A DNA stretch of 48,880 bases from Octopus sinensis (GCF_006345805.1 NW_021832145.1:1-48880), one strand, 5' to 3'. Shown: positions 1-38,806, numbered from the stretch's first letter. Notes: generated from the sequence alone by a model not told the origin. Program-made: numbers and translations.

Positions 1-214
1 TGATTTAGAGAAACGACATAGCACTTGTTCTGAAAAGTATTCAGTAAAGTTTCCACCTATTAATCAATCGATACAGGGTTCGAATTCCATCAGTGTCCTT
101 CCTGTTTTTTCTTTTCTATCTCAATTTGGTTGTTACAGCATCTAAACCTTTTTAGTGTTTATTTATTTTTTTTTTTAATTTTTCTTTTAACTCTCTACCA
201 TCTTGCATTTGTAG

Positions 215-26646
<26,432 letters not shown>

Positions 26647-27429
26647 GCCCCTGTTTATGAAGATACGACAACCTTTATTATTGCAGTCTTTTTTTTTGCC
26701 TTTTGTTGCGGATTTCAAATGTTTTAACTGGAAATTCAGTTATTTTTTATTTTTTTCCGTTTGTTATTTTTTTTGTTTTTGTACCTTTTCGTATTTATCA
26801 CATCTATTCTGTTTACTACTACTACTACTACTACTACTACTATCATCATCCCTAGTAATTGTCATAGTTATAATAAGAAGCAGTGAATTGGCAAAGTCAG
26901 TAGAGCGTCTGAAAAAAACGTCATATCTTACCTACGTTCTGAGATCAAATCATGGTGACGCTGACTTCGCTGCCTTGCTTTCCATTTCTTTTTGTCGGGG
27001 GTCTGTGGGGGTGATAAAGTACCAGTAATACAGTGGTACCGTTTTAGTCGATTACACCCTTCCTTCCCCCGCCTCCGACTGTGTACCTTTGTCTGTGTTA
27101 TGTCATTAATCAATAATTACTTCTATTAATTAGTACTTATCGATTATTATTAATATTATTTTTATAAAAGTGGAGATTTGGCTGAATTGTTGGAGCATCA
27201 GACAAAATACCTGGCGGTTTTTGTCCTTATTTAAAATCCCTCCCAGAGCATCGTTGCTTTTCATTCTGGGGTGGGGGTATAAAATAAAGAACCAGACAAA
27301 TAATGGAGACGATGTTATCAGCTAAAAATCTCCCCCTAAATTTGTTGAGTTTCTACCAAAATTTGAAGCCATTATCATGTATATATTATTATTATTATCA
27401 TCATCATCATGTATATATAACTATGTATT

Positions 27430-27644
27430 AGGATAGCACGCTGGCAGAATGGTTAGCATGCTTGACAAAACGCTTAGCAGCAATTCTTCCAGTTGTACGT
27501 TCCGAGTTCAAATTCGGCCGAGGTCGACTTTGTCTTACACTTTTAGGGGTCGATAAAATAAACACCAGTTATGTACCGGGGTTGATCTAACGGACTATCC
27601 CCCTCCCCTAAAATTTCAGATCTTGTGCTTATAGGGGAAAGGAT

Positions 27645-27680
<36 letters not shown>

Positions 27681-28310
27681 TTGCAATAATGCAAAAGTGT
27701 CGTAAGTCCAAAACGTTGCTTTTTCAGAAAAGGAAAAAGATAGTTTCAACATTCTATTTCTTTTTATATTAGCAACAGTTTCAGCTTAACAATAATACTT
27801 TGTTGGTAGCATAAAATCTTAATTCCATGCATGTATGATATTTTCAGTCAGAAATATTTTTGCAAAACTGTCATATGTGGGACTTAGTACACTTTTGGAA
27901 AAACTAAACTATTGTACTACACTTTGACAATTTTCATATCTTGGCATCTGAAGCAGCTGGAGATACAATAGTTTGACCAAAAGAACGGACTATTGCAAGC
28001 AAAATTATATATTGAAAAAAAAAAAAAAACTGTATTTGGCCAAATTTGTGCATACAACAGTTTAACATAAGATCAACGATATATATATATAATATATGTC
28101 TGTATGTATATTGAGGCGGTAAACTGGCAGAATGGGTAGCGTGCTTGACAAAATGCTTAGTAGTATTTCTTCCCGTTGAACGTTCCGAGTTCAAATTCAG
28201 CCGAGGTCGAACTTTGCCTTTTGGGAATTCGGGGTCGATAAAGTACCAGTTGATTACTGGCTAACCCCCACCCTCGAAATTGCTGGCAGTCAGCCAAAAT
28301 TTGAAACCAT
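27430..28310 (+). mobile_element. Two degenerate SINE family B copies (27430-27645, 28108-28310)
   Basis: CTGGCAGAATGG.TAGC..GCTTGACAAAA heads; GAGTTCAAATTC.GCCGAGGTCGA cores. Confidence 0.7.
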
Positions 28311-28341
<31 letters not shown>

Positions 28342-28788
28342 TATATAACGGGGTTGGCCAAAAGTCAACCGACAGTAAAAAATCAGAATTCCATAACTAG
28401 TAGAATTCCGTTATAAATGGAATCGACAAAAAAGTTCTCCATCCAGGGTGGTAAGATAATTATGTAATATACACAATTTGAATAGCCAGCTCGGGCGATA
28501 TGGCAGAATCGTTAAAGTATCGGACAGAACCACTTTGCGGCATTTAGCTATGGCGTTCTTTTAAGTTTTGAGGTCAAATTCCACCAGGGTCAACTTTGTC
28601 TTTCATCATTCTGGCATCGTTAAAAAGTAAAAGAAGAAAAGAAAAAAATGTATGAGCCATTTGTGCGTCGATCGAATTTATCGACCATCAACCGCCCTCT
28701 CGGAGTTTTTGCGAAAAAGACGTGTAATTAGGATGGTGAAATGACCGGGTTGGTCTAGCAACGCATAAACTGTTTTGTAGCATTCGTT

Positions 28789-29149
28789 CCCGCCCCGCCC
28801 CCCTCTCTGTCTCTTTCTCTCTCTCCCCTCTCCCCTCTCTCCCCTCTCCCCTCTCTCTCTCTCTCTCCCCTCTCTCTCCCCTTTCTCTCTCTCTCCCCTC
28901 TCTCTCTCTCTCCCCTCTCCCCCCCTCTCTCTCTCTCCCCCTCTCTCTCTCTCTCTCTCCCCCCTCTCTCTCTCTCCCCCTCTCTCTCCCCCCTCTCTGA
29001 CTCCCCTCTCTCTGACTCCCTTCTCTCTGTCTCCCCTCTCTCTGTCTCCCCTCTCTCTGTCTCCCCCTCTCTCTGTCTCCCCCCTCTCTCTCTCTCTCCC
29101 CCCTCTCTCTCTCTCTCTCCCCCCTCTCTCTCTCTCCCCCCTCTCTCTC
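28789..29149. repeat. About 360-bp polypyrimidine/polypurine tract (CT/CCCC degenerate repeat)
   Basis: Almost only C and T on the + strand; source of the spurious R/E/G-rich ORF 28678..29349. Confidence 0.95.
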
Positions 29150-30176
29150 GTTAATTCAACTCCCAGTGAAGTCAGCTCTGGTTGTTTATTGTTCCAGGGT
29201 TCGTGCCGGGGACAGGACAATCGATCATTGCCTCCCCCCACTGCCTCGTATTTTCCTTTTTTTTTGTGACTATACGAGAAATCGATATTACCTTGCGGTG
29301 GTGGTTTAGAGGAATCTTTACAGCACCGGACGAAAGCACGTTGCAGCACTTGTTTTCAGATCTCTACGTTCTGAGCTCAAATCCTGCTGGGGATGAGTTT
29401 TGTATTTTATCTTTCTGGGTAACTATAAGATAGTGCTAGTCTTATTCTGGGCTTCATTTCCTCAACGAATGCCACTCCTGAATGTGTCCCTGGTGAATTT
29501 GTAAGAAATTATTTGAGCGTCTGATTGGCAGAAAAGGTAGTGTTAGGCAAAGTGCCTTGTGGTATTTGCATCTCATCATGGGCCAAATTTCACAAGGGTT
29601 TACATAACCGTTTATTTTCTTAATCAGGTCTAAGTAATAAGGTTAATGTTAGCCTCAGTTTCCTGTCTCCTAAAATTTTCCCTTTGCAAGAAATAATTTA
29701 TATCATTGAGTTTCCGGTTCTGTAAATTTCAGGTTCAAATACAGCCAATATTAGCTTTGTCTTTCATACTTTCGAGGTCGATAAAATAAAGCACCAGTCA
29801 TGTACTGGGGCCGAAGTAATCGAATTACCCCACGACCTTCAAAATTGCTAACCTTGTGTCTTAAATAAGGGGCCATGAAAAGGCGACGAACTGGCATAAT
29901 CGTGAGAGTATCGGAAAAATAGTCCGAAGTATTTGTTTCGACACTTCAGGTTCTGAGTTCCAGTCCTACCGAATTCACTTTTGTCTTTGATCCTTTTAGA
30001 GGTTAGAAAATCAAGCAGAGAGGCTAATGGTATCGATCAAGCCCCTCCCCTCGACTTTTCTGGCTTTGCACCTAAATTGGAAGCATTTATTGGTGGCGAG
30101 TTGTTCAAATTGGTAGAGCACCAACCTAGGCTTTTCCAGCTTCTCTCTCAATTCTAACCGTCAGAAATGTTAAAAT

Positions 30177-30360
30177 ATTCTTTCCTACGCTAGGTACAAG
30201 GCCCGAAATTTTGGTGGAGGGGGACAGTTGGTTAGATCGACCCCAGTACGCAACTGGTATCTAATTTATCGACCCCGAAAGGATTAAAGGCAAAGTCGAC
30301 TCCGGCAGCATTTGAACACGGAACGTAAAGACGAACGAAAAGCTGCTAGGCATTTTAACC
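30177..30360 (-). mobile_element. SINE family B copy
   Basis: Reverse core ATCGACCCCGAAAGGATTAAAGGCAAAGTCGAC. Confidence 0.75.
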
Positions 30361-30757
30361 AGTCATATATTGAGACTGTTTTAATCAATGAAACCTTTTC
30401 TGATCTGAAAGGCAAAAGAAAAAAGAAAATAACGGGCAGTGTTGGCCCCTTCTCCTGGATAACTTAATGGCAAATATTGTTGTATAGTTATTTTTTTCTT
30501 ATTTTGTTAATTCTTATAATTATTAATTATTGTCTAGCAGAGACAAATATCTTGATTGGTTCTGTGATATAGTTTTAATTACGTGTTAAAACAATTTCAG
30601 TAAAAATACTGTGAGGTCATGAAAAGCATGAACACAACATTACACTGATATTTTCCTTTATAAACAATTGTTATATAAAAACTTGTTGTTACTGTTATTA
30701 TTACAATTATTATTGTTGCTATGATTGCTGAGGGTATCAATCTCATAGAATGTTTAA

Positions 30758-31003
30758 TACGTCGGGCGAAATGCTTAGCCGTATTTCGTCTGCCGTTACG
30801 TTGTGAGTTTAAATTACGTCGAGTTCGACTTTACCTTTCATCCTTTCGGGATCGATAAATTAAGTACCAGTTACGCACTGGGGTCGATCTAATCGACTTA
30901 ATCCGTTTGTCTGTCCTTGTTTGTCCTCTCTGTGTTTAGCGCCTTGTGGGTAGTAAAGAAATAGGCATTTCGTCCGTCTTTACGTTCTGAGTTGAAATTC
31001 TAT
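30758..31003 (+). mobile_element. SINE family B monomer plus the start of a second unit
   Basis: Body, then AAAGAAATAGGCATTTCGTCCG re-entry. Confidence 0.85.
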
Positions 31004-31200
31004 AGATTTTGTTGATCACCTAAGTACTATTCTTTCCACGTGAAACCCCAATCGAGCAGATTTTGTTGATCGCATAACATTCTTTCCATGGGAAATCGCA
31101 ATTGGTCAGAGTTTGTTGATCACGTGAGTAAAATTCTTTTCACGCGAAGTTGTGACTGGTCGGGTTTTGTTGATCGCATGGGTACCATTCCAGCGAAACG
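31004..31200. repeat. Degenerate 50-54-bp tandem repeat x4 (AGATTTTGTTGATC[A/G]C...ATTCTTTCCAC.TGAA)
   Basis: TTTGTTGATC recurs at about 31008, 31062, 31112 and 31167, with conserved downstream ATTC(TT)TCC. Confidence 0.8.
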
Positions 31201-31859
31201 CGATAGCGGGTGAATGCTGAATATTCCCGCTACCACGACGCTTCAGTGTCCCCTTGCTAACACTTCACCGAAGAACATGAAGTATTTAGAACCAAAGATG
31301 TGAAAAAAAAAAAACGGTGAGGCTCGATGCCATCCCAGATGTCCGTCGAAGATGTGTATTTACCCCTTATTGTCCCTGCTGGTACTGGATTTAATAATGT
31401 GAAAGTCCATGGGATGATCTAACAAAAGACTCTGGATGGGACCTGCAAGACTAAAAGATCTTGACTCTGCTAATGATCTGGGACTCTTTAGTATTATGTT
31501 GCTACGTTTATTGAAAGGCAAGACATAAGCACCGTCTTCACCGTTCAAGAATTTGGACCTGGAGATCTCCATCTCCAGCGACTTCGAGGGCCACCTCCCA
31601 GTGGTGTCGGGCGTCAATGAAGAGCCCTCGACTACAGCAAGACGACCAAAGTTTTTTTTCTCCAAGTTCTGGGGTCTTCCGCCCTTAAGCCCTAAACCAT
31701 CACCTAATCACCCTTACCCGTCTTGTTGCATAACAGCAACAACAACCAACAACAATAGCTTAACGGTAACTTTGCAGATCAGCAAATTTCCAAACCATTC
31801 GGCTATATTGCGGCTGCACTCGTCTGAATGCATTAGTGTCTAATAGTTCTTTCTGCTAT

Positions 31860-32650
31860 ATGCAGAAATTTTGAGGGAGGGGTTCGACTTGTACTTACTT
31901 TATCAACTCCGAAAGAATGAATGGCAAAGTTGAATCCGGTGGGTTTTGAACTTAGTAAGACGAACGAAATGCTCGCATGCATTTTGTCCGTTGTGCAAGC
32001 CATTCCTTATTTCTTTATTGCCCCTAAGGGGCTAAACATAGAGGGGACAAACACGGACAGACAAAGGAGTTAAGTCAGTTACATCGACCTCAGTGCGTAA
32101 CTGGTACTTACTTTATCGACTCTGAAAGGCAAAGACAACCTCGGTTGAATTTGAACTCAGAACGTAACGGCAGATGAAATACCTATTTCTTAACTACCCA
32201 CAAGGGGCTAAACATACAGGGAGCAAACAAGGACAGACATAGGTATTAAGTCGATTACATCGACCCCAGTGCGTAACTGGTACTTATTTAATCAACCCCG
32301 AAAGGATGAAAGGCAAAGTTGGCCTCGGCGGAATTTGAATTCAGAATGTAACGGCAGACAAAATACCGCTAAGCATTTCGCCCGGTGTGCTAACCATTCA
32401 GCCAGCTCGCTGCCTAACATCAGTGTATAATGGTTTAAAATTTTAGCACAGGGCCAGCAGTGTTTTGAGGGGAGGTGGGTAAATTGATTACATCGACCTC
32501 AGTAGTCAACTGGAGCTTATTTTATCGATCCGGAAAGGATGAAAGGCAAAGTTCTTCTTGGTGGAATTTGAGCTCAGAGCGTAAGGACGGGAACGATACC
32601 GCTAAGCGTTTTGACCGAGACACTAACGGTTCAGTCAGCTCACCACCTTA
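31860..32650 (-). mobile_element. SINE family B cluster including a head-to-tail dimer (about 32005-32415)
   Basis: Reverse-oriented bodies; junction GAAATACCTATTTC at about 32178. Confidence 0.85.
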
Positions 32651-32759
32651 CATCAGCGCATAATAATGGTAATTCTTCAGCTCAAAAATTCAGAATATAT
32701 AACACATACACACAAAAACACATAAAAACACGCAACATGCACACAAATATAAAATAAAT

Positions 32760-32793
<34 letters not shown>

Positions 32794-32952
32794 GTGTGTG
32801 CGTGCGTTTTATCTTTGCTCTACTTTAGAAGATTGAGCACTCTATGGTTAATATATAAAGATAAGCAAAGAGAAATATTCGAGTCTGTGGAGTTAGACAG
32901 GAAAATTCACACAGTAATGTTTGCATATCAGCATATATATATATAAATATAT

Positions 32953-33340
32953 AAGTAGCTTGCTTACCAAGCACATGGTTCCGGGTTCGTTCCCACTGTG
33001 TGGCACCTTGGGCAAGTGTGTTCTATTATAGCCGCGGGCTGACCAAACCTTGTGAGTGGATTTGGTAGACGGAAACTGAAAAGAAGCCCGTCGTATATCT
33101 ATCTATCTATCAATGTATGTGTGTATATGTTTGTGTGTCTGTGTTTGCCCCCACCCCCACAACATCGCTTGACAACCGATGTTAGTGTGTTTACGTCCCC
33201 GTAACTTAGCGATTCGGCAAAAGACACCGATATAATAAGCACTAGGCTTAAAATAACTCCTGGGATCGATTTGTTTGATTGAAATCATTCAAGGCGGTGC
33301 TACAGCATGGCCGCAGTGAAATTACTGAAACAATTAGAAG
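32953..33340 (+). mobile_element. SINE family A copy
   Basis: Head, core, (TATC)n/(TG)n insert and tail. Confidence 0.88.
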
Positions 33341-33392
33341 AATATGCCCCAGCATGGCCACAGCTCGTGAGCTGAAACTAGATAAAATAAAA

Positions 33393-33431
<39 letters not shown>

Positions 33432-33684
33432 CACTTTTATAAAAGTTGCGAAGTGGAAATCGAAGAGCAGTCCATTTGTGTATGATCCATATGCTACAGG
33501 TTTAAACACACACATACTACGTACGTGTGTGTGTATGAGTGAGAAAATATTCTAGTAATGCGCTTATACATACATATCTATCTATCTATCTATCTATCTC
33601 TCACACTGTTTATCTGACTCTCTCTCTCTCTCTTTCTATCTTACTATCTCTCTTTCTATCTATATCTCTATATCTGTCTGTCTG

Positions 33685-33745
<61 letters not shown>

Positions 33746-35250
33746 TATATATATATATATATATATAATCTACCTTCCTTCCTTCTTTCCGTCTCTCGTT
33801 CACACTTTTCCATCACAACTCACACGCTCTCTCTGTCCCTCAACGACCCTCCCCATCTCTTCCCCTTTCTCTCTCTCTCCCCTCCTCCTCACTATATATT
33901 CACTGCCTCTTTCTGTCCACATTAATCTATTCCACACTGCATATCTCCATCTCCCCTTGTGTATATATTACTAAACTCAATAGTTGCTTATTTTCTCTTT
34001 CTCATCGCATTAAGCATTCTACATATATATATATATATATCTTTCTCTCTTTCACTTCTCTTGCCCTCTTACCTGCTCTATCACTCACTGCCTTCTCCTC
34101 TCTCTCTCTCTCTCTCTCTCTGTCTGTCTGTCCCTATCGCTCGCTCTCTCGCTCGCTCACAGTGCTACAGGTTACGTGGTGAAATCTGTGAAGACTCCAA
34201 GACCTACGACTGCTACTACTACTACTACAGTTTCTTTCTCTCCAACAACACACAACACAAGTCCACCAGAGCAGGCTGGCACCTTGCGCTGACACTTACG
34301 TCAGTCACGTGCTTGGCGTTTAGCCGCCATTTTAGCGACCTCATATGCAACTACAACACGCTGTCTCTCATAATAATCTGTGGGGAAAAAGAAAAAGAAA
34401 AACAGCGGAATAAGAGAAGGAAAATGAAGGAAAAAAATGGCCATACTTGTTTTTGCTTCACACATTTACAAGCAGAGTTTGTTTGCTGCTTGCTGTTATC
34501 TTTGAACACCAACATACGGGCAGTGCTTTTGTGTTTTTGTTTTTTATTATATATATTGTTTTATTATTATTATTTTTTAATTGCTGCTGTTGTTATCGTA
34601 ATTGTTGTTGTTGTTGTTGTTGTTGGTTAACTCTGTGTCAGCTACTTACGGAACATGTCTTTATGGTCATCGGCGTTCCAGCCTTGACCATCTATCGCTG
34701 TTTTTTTTTCTCTTGCGTGTTGCGTGCGGCGTACCAGTGTGTGTGTATGTATGCATATGTATGCTTGTGTGTGTGTGTATGTATGCATATGTATGCTTGT
34801 GTGTGTGTGTGTGTATGTATGCATATGTATGCTTGTGTGTGTGTATGTACAAAAATCATATTGAAGTACAAACAGAATAAACGGGAAGGACACACATAGA
34901 AAGTCGCTAAATATTCACCAGCTATCGTCATATTGCCCCAGCATGGTCGCTATCTAATGACTGAAATAAGTTCATATATACAATGTGCCTGCGTCTCTGT
35001 GATTACATTAACCAACGTATCACTTAATGTTCAAAAGCGGCAGGCTACCATTTGAGGGAGATTTAGTAGCTAATTTTAGCAGATGGAACAACCACATAGA
35101 GGTTCTCTCTTAACGGATTGCTATCATATGTTATTTGTTTTGTTGTTTAACCCGAGGTGAACCCAAATACAGCAAAACTTTGCTGGAAAGTATTTCAACC
35201 ATGACCAAACACCTCATCGATTTGTCACATCTAGAATTACATAGATTAAT

Positions 35251-35671
35251 ATACCTATTTCTTTATTACTCACAAGGGGCCAAACACAGAGGGGACAAAC
35301 AAGGACAGACATAGGTATTAAGTCGATTACACCGACCCCAGTGCGTAACTGGTACTTAATTTATCGACCCCGAAAGGATGAAAGGCAAAGTCGACCTCGG
35401 CGGAATTTGAACTCACAACGTAACGGCAGACGAAATACCTATTTCTTTACTACCCACAAGGGGCCAAACACAGAGGGGACAAACAAGGACAGACAGAGGG
35501 ATTAAGTCGATTATATCGACTCCAGTGCGTAACTGGTACTTAATTTATCGACCCCGGAAGGATGAAAGGCAAAGTCGACCTCGGCGGAATTTGAACTCAC
35601 AACATAACGCAGACGAAATACCGCTAAGCATTTCGCCCGGCGTGCTAACGTTTCTGCCAGCTCGCCGCCTT
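35251..35671 (-). mobile_element. SINE family B head-to-tail dimer (period about 184 bp)
   Basis: TACCTATTTC at 35252 and 35436, TACCGCTAAG at 35619; a single head at the right end. Confidence 0.92.
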
Positions 35672-36109
35672 ACCGTCCCTTTATCAAGATGGTGCGTTAC
35701 AATTTGAGTGAGGTTTGGCTGCTATTTTTTTTCACTTGCTGAGCGGCCACATGGAACCGTTCTCTCTCTCTCATAACGGTGCAACACAGCGCTCTGTTGG
35801 ATCGCCGTTACATTCTCTTCTCGCTTTTCTTTCTAGATTTGTGATGAGGAATCAGAGTTACGCAAACTAGTTAAGTGGTCAGTTTTTGATGCTGATGTGT
35901 TGTTGTTGTTATTGCTGTTTTGTGTTTCTTTTTGTTTTTGTTGTACATTCTATCCATGCTGTGCTTTATACCCCGTAACGCAGTCGCCTCATCCGGTCTG
36001 TGTTTTTGTGTGCGAAACGCGTGTTGGCTCTGTGTGATGTGATTGTTTGTGCAACATATTCTTAAATGGTGTGTTTCTTCGCGCGTATATTTGTGTGTGT
36101 GTGTGTGTT

Positions 36110-37180
36110 TGGTGGGTAACACATTCTATCCTGGTGTGTTTATGCCTGACTGTGTAACACATTCTATAATAGTTTGCTTGTGCGTGTATGTGTGTGTGTT
36201 ATTGGCTCTGTAACACATTCTTTAATAGTGTTTGTGTGTGTGTGTGTAGCTGTCTAACACGTTTTATAATAGTTTGCTTATGTGTATGTGTGTGTGTATG
36301 TGTGTTTGTGTAGTTGTCTGTAACACATTCCATAACAATGTGCTTGTGTATGAGATTGGCTGTGTAACACACCCTATAGAGTTGTGCTTGCTTGTGTGTG
36401 TGTGTGTGTGGGCGTGTATATGTTTGTGTGTGCTGTTGGCTGTGTAACACATTCTATAATGGTATGTGTGTGTGTGTAATAGCCGTGTAAAGTTATCACA
36501 TATGTATGATTATGCAACACACGTTATCAAAGTGTGTACATGTGTTTCCATGTAACATATCAGTTTGTGTTTGTCTGTGTAACACATTTTAAAATGGCAT
36601 ACTTGTGTCCGTGTGTCCGTGCGTGTGTGTGTGTGTGTGTGTATGTGTGTGTTTTATCACTATGTACACATTATCACATGTGTGTTTGTATAACACACTT
36701 CACGAAAGGGTGTTTAAGTGTGTGGTCATGCAACATGTTATCGTAATGTGTTAGGCTGTGTAACATTTCAAGGTTTGCTTGTGTGTGTGTGTGTGTGTGT
36801 GTGTGTGATTCATAGTCACGTACATATCAAATACGTGTGTGTAACACATTTTTATCAAAGCTGTGTGCGTGTGTGTGTAAGAGAAAGTGTGTGTGTGTGT
36901 TCATATGTTAACGTTGCGTGTCTTTCTCTGTGAACACATTACACGGTGCGTGTGTTTACGCAACATGTTGATATTGCGCGTATTTGTCTCTCTCTCTCTC
37001 TCTCTCTACCCCCGTTCCTTACGCGTGTATTTGTGTTGTTATTTGTGTAACATAGTCTCATTGTCTGTGTGTGTGTGTGTTTGCCTGTGTAACACATTTT
37101 ATCGTTGTGTTTCGTTTTGTCACCGCAACACTTATCAAAGCGTGAACGCATTTTGTGTGAGTAACTACGTAACACATTAT
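36110..37180. repeat. Degenerate array of TGTGTAACACATT(C/T)TATAAT motifs spaced by (GT)n
   Basis: About 15 copies of the TGTAACAC core at roughly 45-130-bp intervals. Confidence 0.8.
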
Positions 37181-38069
37181 CATTCTGTGTCCATATTTCT
37201 CTCTCTCTCACTCACTCACTCACTTCTTTTCTCTCTCTTACTCTCATTCGCTATCTTTCTCTCTCTCTCTCTCTCTTTCTAATGGGGAGCTTGTTTGTTT
37301 CTGATAATCTTTATACCCGTGTCGCGCGTGTGTGTATGTGAAGTGTGTTTCAACACGCATGCTTGACTTATACGCTACTTCTTCAAACACACACACACAT
37401 ACACACCACACACACACACACAACACACACACACACACACACCACACACCACTATTTCAATCTATCGAATATGTTTCGTCTTTCTGTTTGTTACAGACGA
37501 AACGCAAGCAACTCTCTAATGACGTTATCGGCTTTGATATATATATATATATATAGATAAATATATATATAAATATATAATGTGTGTGTGTGTGTGTGCG
37601 TTAATGGTAATGAACTGGAAACAGATGTGCTCAATATAGGACATATTGTATAAGTAATTCAATTAGGTCACCTGAAACTTATAGTTTTAGACAGTTTGGT
37701 TCCGGTTGAACGAATTATATATATAAAGAATACATAAATAATATATATACATATATAAATAATATATATTTGAAGAGAGGGAGAGAGAAATGGAGGTAAA
37801 TTTCCAATCCAATTATTCCGACCGACTCCAGTCATTAGACCAGATAATTCTACAAATTAGCTTTAATCAGGTTCTATAAAAATGACAATTCACTTTTTTT
37901 TCCATCACCGTGTGTGGAAGTTCAAATGTTCTTTTCGGATTGGTGGTTTTCGGTATAATACAAAGAAAAATAAAAGAAAAAAGGAAAAGGAAACCAAAAA
38001 AGAACAAAAACACGATAATACAAAAACAATCTACATCAAACAGTTGCTTGTCCTTAACACCGCCAAAAC

Positions 38070-38420
38070 CATCATCATGTCTGATATGACGCATTGATGA
38101 AGTGGCCGCTTTGCTTTGTAGGAGTTTGTATAAAAGTACTATAAAGGTTATATATCATACTTTGGTACTGTGTGAACTGAGACTCTTATTATATGAGATT
38201 CCTATTATATATATTGGCCCCTGTTATTAAATAAAGTGTTAACACTTACAGCGTGCCAGTTAGTGGCCCCAGTTTTGTGTAGTTATCGTAATTGTCGAGT
38301 ATATAAAAGAATTGGTTTCTTGTTTCTCTGAGATTGGTTAAATTGATATGAAACCTCTGATGAGAGGACAATAAGATCCGAAAATTAAGATAGTTCAACC
38401 TTTATTTTCAGTCAACGGAG
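38070..38420 (+). mobile_element. Decayed Penelope-like element 3' end (GIY-YIG C-terminus + pseudo-LTR)
   Basis: Frame reads STIKVIYHTLVLCELRLLLYEIPIIYWPLLLNK, resembling the PLE endonuclease tail F.VI......L..LE...I...P.LN. It is followed by TATATAAAA and a CTGATGA...GAAA core. Confidence 0.5.
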
Positions 38421-38469
38421 AAACAGCTAAATTGTCCCTATTTATTAAGGTACTATATAAAAAAAGGAT

Positions 38470-38806
38470 AAAAGGGTAAAGACTCCCTTCGATCATGAAT
38501 GACCATGAGATTGCACCTAGAAGATTCCCCCCTCCTCACGTCCCCGAGATACAAGTCCAGGGAAGGTTGTTTGTGGAAGAACAGCATACCAGCCTCCTCT
38601 CTCCACACCACCGATGCTATTCAAGGGAAAGGCAAATGCTGATACAGCTTGGCACCAGTGACGTCACTATTCATTTCTACAGCTGAACGAACTGGAGCAA
38701 CATGAAATAAAGTGTCTTGCTCAAGAACACAACTCGCAGCTCGGTCTTAGAATCGAACTCACTACCTCATGATTGTGACCTTGACACTCTAACCACCGAG
38801 CCATGG
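38470..38806 (-). mobile_element. tRNA-derived SINE family E
   Basis: Reverse: CATGGCTCGGTGGTTAGAG (A-box)...GAGTTCGATTC (B-box)...GTGTTCTTGAGCAAGACACTTTATTTC (CORE/V-like segment). Confidence 0.8.

Noticed and set aside
1-214. Possible further upstream CDC20-like exon
   Set aside because: No frame resembles the expected preceding WD segment (..SSVAW...LAVG...VQ); the 5' exons must lie outside the window.
34160-34290. Plus-strand exon candidate GYVVKSVKTPRPTTATTTTTV...GTLR* after CACAG/TACAG
   Set aside because: The Thr run is a (CTA)n repeat, no upstream plus-strand exons were found, and minus-strand splice signals explain the region better.
35837-35877. Plus-strand acceptor TTTTCTTTCTAG and a 41-nt exon candidate ICDEESELRKLVK
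   Set aside because: Isolated, with no partner exons of compatible phase identified and no recognised homology.
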